IMG/VR virus record: IMGVR_UViG_3300022939_001635
Location: 1 to 54,119 of that record
Strand: one strand, 5' to 3'
Length of the DNA: 54,119 nt
Source of the DNA: a virus
Taxonomy: Duplodnaviria > Caudoviricetes
The notes under the pieces were generated by a model, which was not told the DNA's origin, did no database searches, and saw nothing but the letters and a program-made list of their open reading frames with translations. Each line of letters begins with the position of its first letter. Position 1 is the first letter of the stretch. A program made the translations under genes and the position numbers. Shown one piece after another: positions 9,889 through 19,782 of this stretch.

Positions 9889-11149
9889 ATATTGCATCCT
9901 TTAGTTTTGGCAATAATTCTTGCCATGATTTTACAACATTTTGTTTTGCATCTAACTTGTTACTAAATTCAATAAATGCAGGTAGCTGCTCTGTCATATC
10001 CCCACCTTGCAAACTTGCTATTGCATCTTCAATATGAGATTTAGTATTTGTAATAATTTCTTTAGGCCAATTTTTACTATCTATAGACTCTAAATAATTT
10101 TGTAATTTGTTTATTATAAAGTCTTTATGCGCTGTTGGTATTACTCTGCAATCTAAAAATTTAGGATAATTCACTCTATGTGTATGAAAAACCAATCCTA
10201 ATTGTTCAATAAATTCATCTGCAATTTCCGGTAAATGTTCAACATTATAAACTTGAACTGTACAAGCACCTACCATTTGCGATACTTTAGGATGATTACG
10301 TACCTTTTGAATATTTTCTTTTACAATATTGTAATCGCCTAATTGTCTAATGTAATCATAAACATCATAGATGCCATCAATACTAATATTAATTTGTATT
10401 TCTTTAAAATGATTCCATAGATCTAAAATATTATCTTTTTTGTAATTAAGTTTAGTTAAGTTGGTGCTGTATTTGATTTCAATATTATCGCCATATGGTT
10501 TTAAAATGTGTAAAATTTTATAGTGAATAGGATCAATTAACGGCTCGCCACCTGCAAATTCAATACGTTCAAAGTATGGCGCTAATTCTTCAAACTCTTT
10601 CCAAAAATCTTCATTATTTTCCCAACCACTGACATACGGTTTGCGTGTTAAATTGTATTCTCTAACTTTTGTAAAAGTGCTTTCATTAGCATCTTCCATT
10701 AGGTGTTCAATTTCTATCCAATCTTTAGACCAACTTGTGCTATCTAAAGGATGACACATTCTACATTTTAAATTACAAAAATTACTTAGTTTTGCTTCTA
10801 AAATAGGAATTTCAAATGGCATAGAGTAATCATCTGTCATTTTTTCTACTTTTGGAAGATATCTTTTCATTCGTGTTTTATTGTATCTTTGACGCATACT
10901 GCGAACACCAATGTCTTCGTGCCTCCAACAAGCATGACACTCTTGTGGACGTTCTCCGTTTAGCATTTGTTTTCTTACTTCTTTGTACTTGTCGCTGTTC
11001 CACAAATCTTTTATATTTGTATCATTAATATTACCAACAGGCCAGCTTCTACAGCAAAGTTTCATGTCACCGTCTGTTTTTGTAGCCATATGTATAAAAG
11101 GTAGCAAACAGAATGTTTCACTGTTTTCAGCTAGTTTTTTTGTATCCAT
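9872..11149 (-). CDS. radical SAM protein with N-terminal Twitch-like domain
   Basis: FCLLPF...KLCC...CHAC; CNLKCRMC; AGGEP; YSTN; SIDG; LDAKQN. Confidence 0.92.
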   Translation of the reverse strand: MDTKKLAENSETFCLLPFIHMATKTDGDMKLCCRSWPVGNINDTNIKDLWNSDKYKEVRKQMLNGERPQECHACWRHEDIGVRSMRQRYNKTRMKRYLPKVEKMTDDYSMPFEIPILEAKLSNFCNLKCRMCHPLDSTSWSKDWIEIEHLMEDANESTFTKVREYNLTRKPYVSGWENNEDFWKEFEELAPYFERIEFAGGEPLIDPIHYKILHILKPYGDNIEIKYSTNLTKLNYKKDNILDLWNHFKEIQINISIDGIYDVYDYIRQLGDYNIVKENIQKVRNHPKVSQMVGACTVQVYNVEHLPEIADEFIEQLGLVFHTHRVNYPKFLDCRVIPTAHKDFIINKLQNYLESIDSKNWPKEIITNTKSHIEDAIASLQGGDMTEQLPAFIEFSNKLDAKQNVVKSWQELLPKLKDAIYEYTV

Positions 11150-12178
11150 CTAAATAATACCGGTCCATTTTTTTGGTCTTTTTTGAAAAGTTGCGTATCT
11201 TAATCCACGATGTATTTTAAATTCATTGCTTGGTCCTAACGGCTCTGCTTTGCCTATACATACAGCCAAGTTTGGTTTTAATTGATAATCATCAACTCCT
11301 ATATGAGCTTGTATAGCATTATCAAAGTATTCTTTAATTTTATCATCAAATTCTTTCTTTAATACATTATAATTATCATTGTATGCGTGTGTACAACCAA
11401 TAGTAGCTACATCGTATCCTAATGATAATGCTTCTTCCATAATTATACCTGCATGTAGTCCGATGTTTCGATTGGCGTCAAGTTCATTATAATTCCAAAA
11501 ATCTATACCTTTTTTAAGATTTCTATGTCTTATGGTCATAGCAATAAATGTAAGTGGAGAACTTAAAACAGGCATCATGTATTCCACAGCATTTTCATTT
11601 TCATCGGGATAGTTAAAAATGTTTTTAATTAACCATAATTTTAAATCGTCATATTCTGGAGTCAATGCAATCCAAATATTGTCATTTAAACTTTGCTGTG
11701 TTGGCATAAAACGCCACATGGATTTTAAATGATCGACGTGTTCATCACTTACTGGCTGACTTTCATCAAATTTTCGCACTGTATATCTATTTTGCCATTT
11801 GTCAAGTGCTTTATCTTCAAACGGACCATCATTTAATATCGTGCAGAAAATATTACACAAAGCATCTAATTTATCTGCTGCTTCTTTTGATACATTACCT
11901 TTAATAGTTTCCACAATAAACCTATGAACTTCGATTTCGGTTTCGTGTGCTATAACTTGCCTTTGTCCTCTTTTCCAAAAGTTGTTTGCAATATAGATTG
12001 TTTTAGAACTTGTATTGCTGTTCAAATCGCTAACATATGCATCAAGCATATATTTTATATCTCTAGCACATTTGTTTGTTTCTTTAGTGCGTGTAGGGTA
12101 ATTTGATTTAACATATTTGACTGCTTGTTTTGCAAGTTTATCCTTATTAGCAATTATATATGCGGTTGCTTCAATCAT
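11150..12178 (-). CDS. nitroreductase-like flavoprotein fused to an N-terminal helical domain
   Basis: RYTVRKFD resembles the FMN-binding RxSxRxF motif; IGLHAGIIMEEALSLGYDVATIG is a typical nitroreductase helix-strand. The first ~120 aa contain KCARDIKYMLDA. Confidence 0.65.
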   Translation of the reverse strand: MIEATAYIIANKDKLAKQAVKYVKSNYPTRTKETNKCARDIKYMLDAYVSDLNSNTSSKTIYIANNFWKRGQRQVIAHETEIEVHRFIVETIKGNVSKEAADKLDALCNIFCTILNDGPFEDKALDKWQNRYTVRKFDESQPVSDEHVDHLKSMWRFMPTQQSLNDNIWIALTPEYDDLKLWLIKNIFNYPDENENAVEYMMPVLSSPLTFIAMTIRHRNLKKGIDFWNYNELDANRNIGLHAGIIMEEALSLGYDVATIGCTHAYNDNYNVLKKEFDDKIKEYFDNAIQAHIGVDDYQLKPNLAVCIGKAEPLGPSNEFKIHRGLRYATFQKRPKKWTGII

Positions 12179-12189
12179 TTTATTTCCCT

Positions 12190-12576
12190 TTATTCAGCAA
12201 ACTTCTTCCCTGTTCCGTTGTTTACTCTCAATTTTTTTGCTATGTTAGCGTCTTTAGCTTTACTTGTATTTAAGTCAGCAGCACAAACACACCAGTTCTT
12301 TTGGCAAACAATAGGTTCGGTTGGAATTTCAAAGTCATCATATATGTTGCCTAATTTTTGATTTCTACAAGTTGCTACAAAAACATCGCCGTTTGCTGCA
12401 ATCATTAAACTTTCTTGTCCTGCCCAACACAACCAACCTTTGTATGTGTTTTCCTGTCTTTTGAGAATATCATTTACATTTTCTTCAACATATAATATTT
12501 CATTGTCAACTTCTTGTATTGTTGCAGTATTTGGAAAACTTCCTGCTTGTTGTGCATTTGCTATTCTTTTAAACAT
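12190..12576 (-). CDS. stand-alone SPASM/Twitch-like Fe-S domain protein
   Basis: CWAG..SLMI..NGDVF..TC...LGNI...CQKNWCVC. Own GGAG RBS, and the start overlaps the upstream stop by 8 nt. Confidence 0.8.
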   Translation of the reverse strand: MFKRIANAQQAGSFPNTATIQEVDNEILYVEENVNDILKRQENTYKGWLCWAGQESLMIAANGDVFVATCRNQKLGNIYDDFEIPTEPIVCQKNWCVCAADLNTSKAKDANIAKKLRVNNGTGKKFAE

Positions 12577-13318
12577 TGTTGTTCTCCAAATAATCTATTT
12601 CGTCTTGACTATAATAATCTTTACCGCCAGTATAATCAGCTTGCCCATTGTTAAATTTAAGTGTTACAACACCATCATAAAATGGTTCGGCAATATTGCC
12701 TGCTGTTAATTGTCCTCTATCATTGTATACTGCATCATCATCTTTTTTGTATGCAGGACGTATTCTACGCATTACTACAGGAATATCGTTTTCTTTGAAG
12801 TATGCTATTGCTTCTTTTGCTTCGTTAAAAGTACTAGGCAACATCATCATATGAACATGCATATGTATGTGTTTTTCAAAAGTTTGTGCAAGTTGAAATA
12901 ATTTTACAAGATTCTCAGGAATCACTTCTCTTTTGTGATATTCCATATGATAACTAAAAATTAAACTATCTAATTTAGGAAGTAACTTTTCGTAAAATTC
13001 ATATTTTCTACTTCCGTTTGTTGTTAGCCCAATCATACAACCTTTATCATACATGTAATCTATAATTTTTTCTATTTCAGGATTGTTAGTAGGTTCGCCT
13101 CCTGTCAAATTCATTTTAAAACGTTTGTTTGGAAGTTTACTTACAATTTTATCTATTGTTCGTTTTGCCACTTCAAAACTCATATGTGGGCTTTTATTAT
13201 CATGTGTAAATTCGTCACAATAGCTGCAATTGAAGTTGCATCTCTTTCCAAGATTCCATTCAATTTTTACCACTTGTGATTGTGCATCACTACAATGTTC
13301 TACTGCTATTGTTTTCAA
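12569..13318 (-). CDS. radical SAM core protein lacking its auxiliary domain
   Basis: IEWNLGKRCNFNCSYC; TGGEP; TTNG; FSYH. Only 249 aa. Confidence 0.88.
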   Translation of the reverse strand: MKTIAVEHCSDAQSQVVKIEWNLGKRCNFNCSYCDEFTHDNKSPHMSFEVAKRTIDKIVSKLPNKRFKMNLTGGEPTNNPEIEKIIDYMYDKGCMIGLTTNGSRKYEFYEKLLPKLDSLIFSYHMEYHKREVIPENLVKLFQLAQTFEKHIHMHVHMMMLPSTFNEAKEAIAYFKENDIPVVMRRIRPAYKKDDDAVYNDRGQLTAGNIAEPFYDGVVTLKFNNGQADYTGGKDYYSQDEIDYLENNNV

Positions 13319-14475
13319 AAATAATTCTCCAATTGTGGCACTACATCTTTTATGTTTGTGTTTCTCATATCGTCTAATATTTTAGTATAATCAATAAAAT
13401 TTTTCCATTCAGAATCATTATAATTGCTGTTAAATAATGAATTTTTAATTACTTTAAGGCTTTTGTAATTTTTTTCATCAATAATGTCAATGGCTTTTTG
13501 TTTTAATTCTTTTGGCATGATAGTAATGTCTAAATACTTTGGTTCAGTGACCATACAATCAAATTTAAAAGTATCTGGATCATTATGCCATTTATCACTT
13601 GCATTTACAGTGTCTCGCATAAACTCTAAAATATTGTTCAAATCAAAAATATTGTAAATTTGTATAGCACTGTTGAAACTGCCAGATATATTATCAAACT
13701 GATCAAACCAATGTATATTTTCTAATAACTGTGCTTGCGTTTGGATTTCTCCGCCTCTAATATATTCGTATAATTTTCCAGTACCTTCAATACTAATAGT
13801 TAATTTAACTTTTTTAAATTTAGGCCAAAGTGTTTTCAATCTTTCTGGTGTTTTTGTTCCGTTAGTAGTATAGGCTATCATGATGTTTTTTGCATATCCC
13901 CATTCGACTAGATATTCTAAAAAATCATACATTCCGTCTTGCATCATAGGTTCGCCGCCTTTGAAATCAATACGTTCTAAATATTTAAACATTTCCTTTT
14001 TATCAGCCCAATAGCTCGCAGGAATAATTGTAGGTGGTGCATAATCTTTAGCCCTTCTAAAACGATTTTTTTCTATTTTAGATAATTTAGATTCTTCTTT
14101 ATACCAAGCAGTGCTGCCCCAAGTTCCGCACATTCTACATTTTAAATTACAGGTATTACCAAAATTTAAATCCATATGTCTTAAACGCATGTCAGGATCA
14201 AGTTCGTATGTTTCAGGCCAATTTTTTATTTTATCATCATACCATGTACGTCTACTTTGTCCAAGTGTTTCTTCTCTTTTCCAACACTGAACACATTCAG
14301 CAGGTTTTTCTCCTGCTATAAATTTAGCACGTAATTCATTTAGATCTTTCCATGCACTATCAATTGTATCTCCTTTATGAATACTAGGTCCACCGCCTTT
14401 GTAAACACAACAAGGTTTAATATCACCATTTCCAGAAAGTGTAATTGAAACCCAAGGAACTTTACATGTCAACAT
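13315..14475 (-). CDS. radical SAM protein with N-terminal Twitch-like domain
   Basis: CKVPW...KPCC...CVQC; CNLKCRMC; KGGEP; TTNG; SIEG; LDDMRN. Confidence 0.92.
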   Translation of the reverse strand: MLTCKVPWVSITLSGNGDIKPCCVYKGGGPSIHKGDTIDSAWKDLNELRAKFIAGEKPAECVQCWKREETLGQSRRTWYDDKIKNWPETYELDPDMRLRHMDLNFGNTCNLKCRMCGTWGSTAWYKEESKLSKIEKNRFRRAKDYAPPTIIPASYWADKKEMFKYLERIDFKGGEPMMQDGMYDFLEYLVEWGYAKNIMIAYTTNGTKTPERLKTLWPKFKKVKLTISIEGTGKLYEYIRGGEIQTQAQLLENIHWFDQFDNISGSFNSAIQIYNIFDLNNILEFMRDTVNASDKWHNDPDTFKFDCMVTEPKYLDITIMPKELKQKAIDIIDEKNYKSLKVIKNSLFNSNYNDSEWKNFIDYTKILDDMRNTNIKDVVPQLENYF

Positions 14476-15637
14476 ATTCTTTTATGTCCCAGCCTCTTAC
14501 TTTTGTCATATACAAGTGTGTTTTTTCAAAGTCATTTATATCTACTTTTTTATCTAAACACTGAATTAAATAAGTTTTTAACAGTTCTAACCTTGGTTTA
14601 AAAATACTACTTTGAGAACAAACACCTCTCGGATCTTCTACAATTCTTTCTATTTGCTGTATTCCGCTTTCTAATCTTTTTTTGCTTGCATATGATGGAG
14701 ATATATATTTTGGAGTATTAACAACTTGAGTAAAATGACAAGCAATAGGTTTGTTATATTTTTCACTCATATCTGCTGCCCAATTATAAAACTCTTCAAA
14801 ATGATCAAGATTATAAATCATTGTTGTATAATTTAAATTAGGCGTATGGTTTACATATTGCAAACATCTTTCATAATTTTCTTCTGCATCTTTCCAATTT
14901 GTATTTCTAATCCATTCAAAAGTTTTACCAATACCGTCAAAACTTATATCTATATTAATTTTTTTAATACGATTTAACATATCTATGTTTTTTTGATTAA
15001 AATGAGTACCATTTGTGTTTGTACTAAAAGCTATATTTGGATTGATTTCTAAAACTTTATTTACAAAGTATTCAAATCTTTTATCATACAAAGGTTCTCC
15101 ACCTTTTATTTCAATTTTTTTAGTGTGTTCGCTTACTAGACTTGCAATTTGATCTAAATGATCATAACTTAAACTCCAGTTTTTCAACTGTAAATTTTGC
15201 TGTTGTCTAATATACGGCGCCTCATCCATCATTAAAATATCATCTTTTAACCACTGACTACTAAAATTACTATTACACATAATACATTTTTGATTACAAC
15301 TGTTACCAAAACTAATATCCATGTGTATTATAGCATATTTGTTTTCATTTGTAAAGTTTATATCTGCATGTGGAAACCAATTTAGCATTTTGTCTTTTCT
15401 GCTAACTAGTCCTTGTTCAGCTTTCCACTTACATCCGTTGCATTCTTCTAACCACGTATCTGTTAATTCAGTTTGTCTAGCAGATTCTAAATCTTTGTTA
15501 GTGTAAAAATAATCTACAATATTATCAATTTCAGTTATGTGTTTAAAATCAAACGAAGTAGCACAGCATGGATTTACTGCACCATATGCAGTAATACAAA
15601 GTCCATGATGTACTGCTGAGCAAACTGCTTTATCCAT
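14462..15637 (-). CDS. radical SAM protein with N-terminal Twitch-like domain
   Basis: VC...NPCC...CNGC; CNQKCIMC; KGGEP; NTNG; SFDG. Confidence 0.9.
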   Translation of the reverse strand: MDKAVCSAVHHGLCITAYGAVNPCCATSFDFKHITEIDNIVDYFYTNKDLESARQTELTDTWLEECNGCKWKAEQGLVSRKDKMLNWFPHADINFTNENKYAIIHMDISFGNSCNQKCIMCNSNFSSQWLKDDILMMDEAPYIRQQQNLQLKNWSLSYDHLDQIASLVSEHTKKIEIKGGEPLYDKRFEYFVNKVLEINPNIAFSTNTNGTHFNQKNIDMLNRIKKINIDISFDGIGKTFEWIRNTNWKDAEENYERCLQYVNHTPNLNYTTMIYNLDHFEEFYNWAADMSEKYNKPIACHFTQVVNTPKYISPSYASKKRLESGIQQIERIVEDPRGVCSQSSIFKPRLELLKTYLIQCLDKKVDINDFEKTHLYMTKVRGWDIKEYVDM

Positions 15638-16952
15638 TGACGTATTCTCCTAAGGCGGGTACAGTATCTATCAATTTTTCACCTCTAATTTTATCTAAAC
15701 TGAAACTGTACTCTATAAATTCTTTCCAATGTGTATTATAATAACTTTCGTTATTCATATAACTGCACACACCATTTTTAATTCCTTGTGCAGCAATAAT
15801 ATATTTTTTATCTAAGTTTTCATCTTCGCACCATTGTATAAAATTATCAAATTGTTGAGTAATTCTATTTTTATATCTATCTGGTAAAACACGAATATTC
15901 AGGTGCGGAGGATTGTGTGCTACATGATAGGTTACAAATGGTTTAATTGCACTGTTGTTTATTTTTGTCCAACCACTTTCTTGTATTTTCCATTTCATAA
16001 AATCAATCATATGTTCTACATTATACGCTGTTACAGTAAACGCAATCCATGCTTTGATGTTATTAGGTAACTTATCTATAGTATTTAAATTTTTTAATAC
16101 TTTATTCCATTTAACTGGATATCGTTGATATTCTAACACTGCACCCATGCCGTCGACACTTACTCCTAAACGCACTTCTTTAAACTTTTTCCATAAATTT
16201 ACAACTCTAGGAGGTAATGTAGTTCCATTTGTATTATATTCTAACATTATATTTTCTGCATAGCCACTATCTATACACTTTTGTAAAAATTCATAATGAC
16301 GTTCTATAAGCATAGGTTCACCGCCAGCAAAATAAACATGCTCCATATATTGTATATTACGTTCTAGTTGCGTCCAAAACATTTCACTGTTTGGCCAATC
16401 AAAGTCAACAGCACAAAGTTTACCATTAACTTCTTCTATTGTAACTTCGCCACTGGTATCATTAAAACTTGTTTTACCTGTTAATTTAATCCAGTCTTCA
16501 AACCATGCATTACTGTCACTCGGTCCACACATTCTACATTTTAAATTGCAAAAATTTCCAAAACGCAAATCATAATATCTCGTAGGTGATTTGTTTACAT
16601 CAATACTGCCATCTGGTTTAGTGTTTTTAAGTGCATCTATGATACTGTACTTCCATTGTACTCTTTCATATTGGCGTCTACTGGTTAAACCGTTTTCTTC
16701 TTCTTTCATACAGCGGCCGCATTCTTCACTCCATTTGCTACTCAACATGTTCTTACGTATGTCTTTCATTAATTGAGCATTACGTGCTTCGCTTAGATCG
16801 TCTATGCCGGCATTGTATGCTGTTCCGTCCTCTTTGCGTACTACACCTCTATTTTTGGTTACATTAGCTTGGCAACACACACGAATATCTCCGTTACTAC
16901 GGACTGCTTGAAATATCCATGGTATAGGACAAAATGTCTTTTCACCTTTCAT
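15630..16952 (-). CDS. radical SAM protein with N-terminal Twitch-like domain
   Basis: FCPIPW...RVCC...CGRC; CNLKCRMC; AGGEP; YNTNG; SVDG; LDKIRG. Confidence 0.92.
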   Translation of the reverse strand: MKGEKTFCPIPWIFQAVRSNGDIRVCCQANVTKNRGVVRKEDGTAYNAGIDDLSEARNAQLMKDIRKNMLSSKWSEECGRCMKEEENGLTSRRQYERVQWKYSIIDALKNTKPDGSIDVNKSPTRYYDLRFGNFCNLKCRMCGPSDSNAWFEDWIKLTGKTSFNDTSGEVTIEEVNGKLCAVDFDWPNSEMFWTQLERNIQYMEHVYFAGGEPMLIERHYEFLQKCIDSGYAENIMLEYNTNGTTLPPRVVNLWKKFKEVRLGVSVDGMGAVLEYQRYPVKWNKVLKNLNTIDKLPNNIKAWIAFTVTAYNVEHMIDFMKWKIQESGWTKINNSAIKPFVTYHVAHNPPHLNIRVLPDRYKNRITQQFDNFIQWCEDENLDKKYIIAAQGIKNGVCSYMNNESYYNTHWKEFIEYSFSLDKIRGEKLIDTVPALGEYVNG

Positions 16953-18097
16953 TAAAACAACTCCGGAGTAATGAGTGGTTCAATTTTGTTCCACAATTCT
17001 GTATTTTTATCCATCCAATGTTCTTTACGTATTTTATTTAATTGCGCATCGTTACGCACAAATAATCCAAAGTCGCCATCAACATTCATTTCATTCTTTA
17101 ATAAATTAATAATTTTTTTGTATGTCACAGGAACTTTTAAATATAAATCTTCAAGATATTGATTTACCCAAGGTTTAATTTCTTGTGGAAGATTTCTTGG
17201 CTGCATCCATTGTGGACCGTCTACAACAACACATTCGTGATATAGATCATTATCATTACAAAAGTCAATTATTTCATGCAATTTATTAACATTATAGATA
17301 CTAATTGCACTATGTACATTTATATTATCAAAATGTTGTTTGTACCATTGTATATTATTAGAGACGTTTTCCCAGTTACTATCTTTTCTTAAAAATTCGT
17401 TTAATTTACCATAACTGTCAATACTTAAATCAATATTTACATTTTTACACTGTTTTAATAAAGATAACAATTCATCATCTGGCAATATACTTACATTTGT
17501 AACTAATAATATTGTTATATTTTCAAGTGTGCATTTATTCAATACTTTTTTAAGTTTTGCTTGCTCCATCATAGGCTCACCACCTAATACTTTAATAAAA
17601 CGCAAGTCACTCAAATCATACGAATCAACAATTGTGTTATCAGTGATAACACCTTTAGGTATTTCCATACCTAGTTTTTTAGCATCACTGTACCAATGTG
17701 TGCTTAATTGAGGCATACACATTCTACATTTGTTATTGCACACATTAGATAAAGCTAAATCAATATTAGTTAATTTTTTTACACGCCCTAGCCCTTCTTC
17801 TTCACTGGGTAATCCAAAATCTCCACCCCATGGTGCAATTAAATCTGTACGCATACTTCTTGCACTGTGTTTTTCATCATCATAGCATTTTCTACAACCA
17901 TGTACGTATTCATCATTGAGCATTTTTTGTCTTAACCAATTCATATACTCGTGATTAAATGGATCAGGATGTGCTACATTTAGATCTTCAGGAACTTCTT
18001 CCTGTCTAAATACACAGCAAGGAAATATCTGCCCATCTGGACGCATTGCCATATGATGGAATGGCATTACACATGCATGTTTAGGTATCTTCTTCAT
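16952..18097 (-). CDS. radical SAM protein with N-terminal Twitch-like domain
   Basis: CVMPF...FPCC...CRKC; CNNKCRMC; LGGEP; SIDS; LNKIRK. Start placed at MKKIPK (18097), matching the N-termini of paralogs. Confidence 0.9.
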   Translation of the reverse strand: MKKIPKHACVMPFHHMAMRPDGQIFPCCVFRQEEVPEDLNVAHPDPFNHEYMNWLRQKMLNDEYVHGCRKCYDDEKHSARSMRTDLIAPWGGDFGLPSEEEGLGRVKKLTNIDLALSNVCNNKCRMCMPQLSTHWYSDAKKLGMEIPKGVITDNTIVDSYDLSDLRFIKVLGGEPMMEQAKLKKVLNKCTLENITILLVTNVSILPDDELLSLLKQCKNVNIDLSIDSYGKLNEFLRKDSNWENVSNNIQWYKQHFDNINVHSAISIYNVNKLHEIIDFCNDNDLYHECVVVDGPQWMQPRNLPQEIKPWVNQYLEDLYLKVPVTYKKIINLLKNEMNVDGDFGLFVRNDAQLNKIRKEHWMDKNTELWNKIEPLITPELF

Positions 18098-18644
18098 GCC
18101 ACATTTCCGGTTGCATAGGATCAATACTCAATTCATTAATATTTAAATGTTTTGGTTGATCAACAATCCATTTAATGTAGCTTGCAGCTACATCTATATC
18201 CATACACTTTCTATCTGGATGTTTTTTTTGGTTGTTGCTTAGTGTACCAAAACTGATATATGTGATTTTAGGGCCGCTTGCCCATACACCTGTTAATCCT
18301 AGTGTATTTGAATAATCACGCAATGCTTTCTTTTCTGCATTGTACAGCCAAGCACCGCCTTTTTTTACTCGGTCAGTTGTACTACCTATATTGATAATAT
18401 GACAGTTGTGTTTTTCTAACACACATTTTTTATAAACAATATCTAACAAACTGGTTTGATTAAATCTAAACAATGCACTGCAATTTATAAAAATATCGTG
18501 TGCCAATACTGCTTCTGCACAACGTTCCATATCTAATTTTTTACCAAAATCATAACCTGTTTCTCTGCTGATAAATTCAGCATTAGGATATATTTTTGCT
18601 AAAGATGCAGCAAGTCCTTCATTGGCATTACCTGTTATAATCAT
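18081..18644 (-). CDS. short-chain dehydrogenase/reductase (SDR), compact
   Basis: IITGNANEGLA (variant of TGxxxGxG), FINCS, IINIGS, catalytic YxxxK (YNAEK). Confidence 0.8.
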   Translation of the reverse strand: MIITGNANEGLAASLAKIYPNAEFISRETGYDFGKKLDMERCAEAVLAHDIFINCSALFRFNQTSLLDIVYKKCVLEKHNCHIINIGSTTDRVKKGGAWLYNAEKKALRDYSNTLGLTGVWASGPKITYISFGTLSNNQKKHPDRKCMDIDVAASYIKWIVDQPKHLNINELSIDPMQPEMWHEEDT

Positions 18645-19782
18645 TCATAACTCCTAAATCTATGTGATTTCCTAAAACATCAAAAAATCTATCTTGCTTC
18701 ATACTCTTTGGCGCACACAATCCACATCCACATGTTTGTTTAGGACAAACAACAGTGGGCAAAGTTCCAGTTTCCATTTGTGCTTTAAGATCTTCGATTA
18801 ATTTTTTACCTTCACTAATTTTACCTATACGTCCTCGTTTACCATCGAAACGTGCTTGACAAGTTTGGTGATGATAAATGCTGTCTGTTTGTTGTTCTAA
18901 ATGTAAGAAGAACCAGTTTACACTGCAATTCCATCCTTTGAATTCTCTAAAGTCTACAAAGTTGCTTTTGCGTGATTCACTTCCGTTGTGTAACAACATA
19001 TCCCTACTACCACAACACGGACGTCCGATACTGTTGCCAAGTTTTTTAGCATTCTTTACTACATCACCGGCAGCACTACTTGCATATAGTGCATCATTTT
19101 TTTGTTTCCAGTAGTTTTTCATCCATGCCAATTGTTCTTCGCTGTACTTGTGTGCAAATGTAGGCTTGCTATCAGGCTCTTCACCGATAACTCTTGGCAC
19201 AAAATCTACTTCATGCTGTCTTAAAAACTCGCAAAGTTCTACACACTCATCAAAATATTCAGCATGAAACATAACATTTACGCTAACTGTGAAATCAAAC
19301 ATACCACCTGCGTAATGAAACTGGAGAATTCTGTCTTTTACCTGTTGTTTAAGTTTGTTATCGCTTTCTGCATGATAACTTACCGTAGCATGACCAAAGT
19401 TATTCATTACAGCATAACCCATTTTTTCACTCATGGCACCATTAGTAGTAAGAGCAAATCCTGCTTCCCAACGATCAGCATATTTTTCTTCATAAGACTT
19501 ACGCAAGTATTCTGCAAAAGGTATAAAATTAGGATTTACAGTTGGCTCGCCTCCAGTAAAACCAAAATTTGCTTCTTTAAAATTTCTATACGTCATATAC
19601 AAGTCAGTATATTCAAATAAAAAATCTACATTGTTTTTTAGTTCTTCAAGCGTAGCATGTTTACTAAAATTGTCATGCCTATGTGCTGGACAGTATGTGC
19701 AATCGTAATTACACCGACGTCCTGTATCCCAAGTAACTTGAAAAACCTTACCTGTTAATAGGTCAATTGTGTCAAAACTCAT
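18628..19782 (-). CDS. radical SAM protein with C-terminal Cys-rich (SPASM/Twitch-like) domain
   Basis: VTWDTGRRCNYDCTYC; TGGEP; TTNG; SYH; C-terminal RPCC, GWNC, TC, CPKQTCGCGLC. Confidence 0.9.
   Translation of the reverse strand: MSFDTIDLLTGKVFQVTWDTGRRCNYDCTYCPAHRHDNFSKHATLEELKNNVDFLFEYTDLYMTYRNFKEANFGFTGGEPTVNPNFIPFAEYLRKSYEEKYADRWEAGFALTTNGAMSEKMGYAVMNNFGHATVSYHAESDNKLKQQVKDRILQFHYAGGMFDFTVSVNVMFHAEYFDECVELCEFLRQHEVDFVPRVIGEEPDSKPTFAHKYSEEQLAWMKNYWKQKNDALYASSAAGDVVKNAKKLGNSIGRPCCGSRDMLLHNGSESRKSNFVDFREFKGWNCSVNWFFLHLEQQTDSIYHHQTCQARFDGKRGRIGKISEGKKLIEDLKAQMETGTLPTVVCPKQTCGCGLCAPKSMKQDRFFDVLGNHIDLGVMNDYNR

Noticed and set aside
12565-12580. Programmed frameshift or pseudogene at the split radical SAM junction
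   Set aside because: No in-frame slippery heptamer. The downstream part has its own RBS and ATG, and the 8-nt overlap is like others in this operon.
12569-19782. Viperin-like or QueE identity for the CNxxC(S/T)YC subtype
   Set aside because: Only the generic radical SAM motifs match. The C-terminal Cys-rich auxiliary domain is not a feature of either family.
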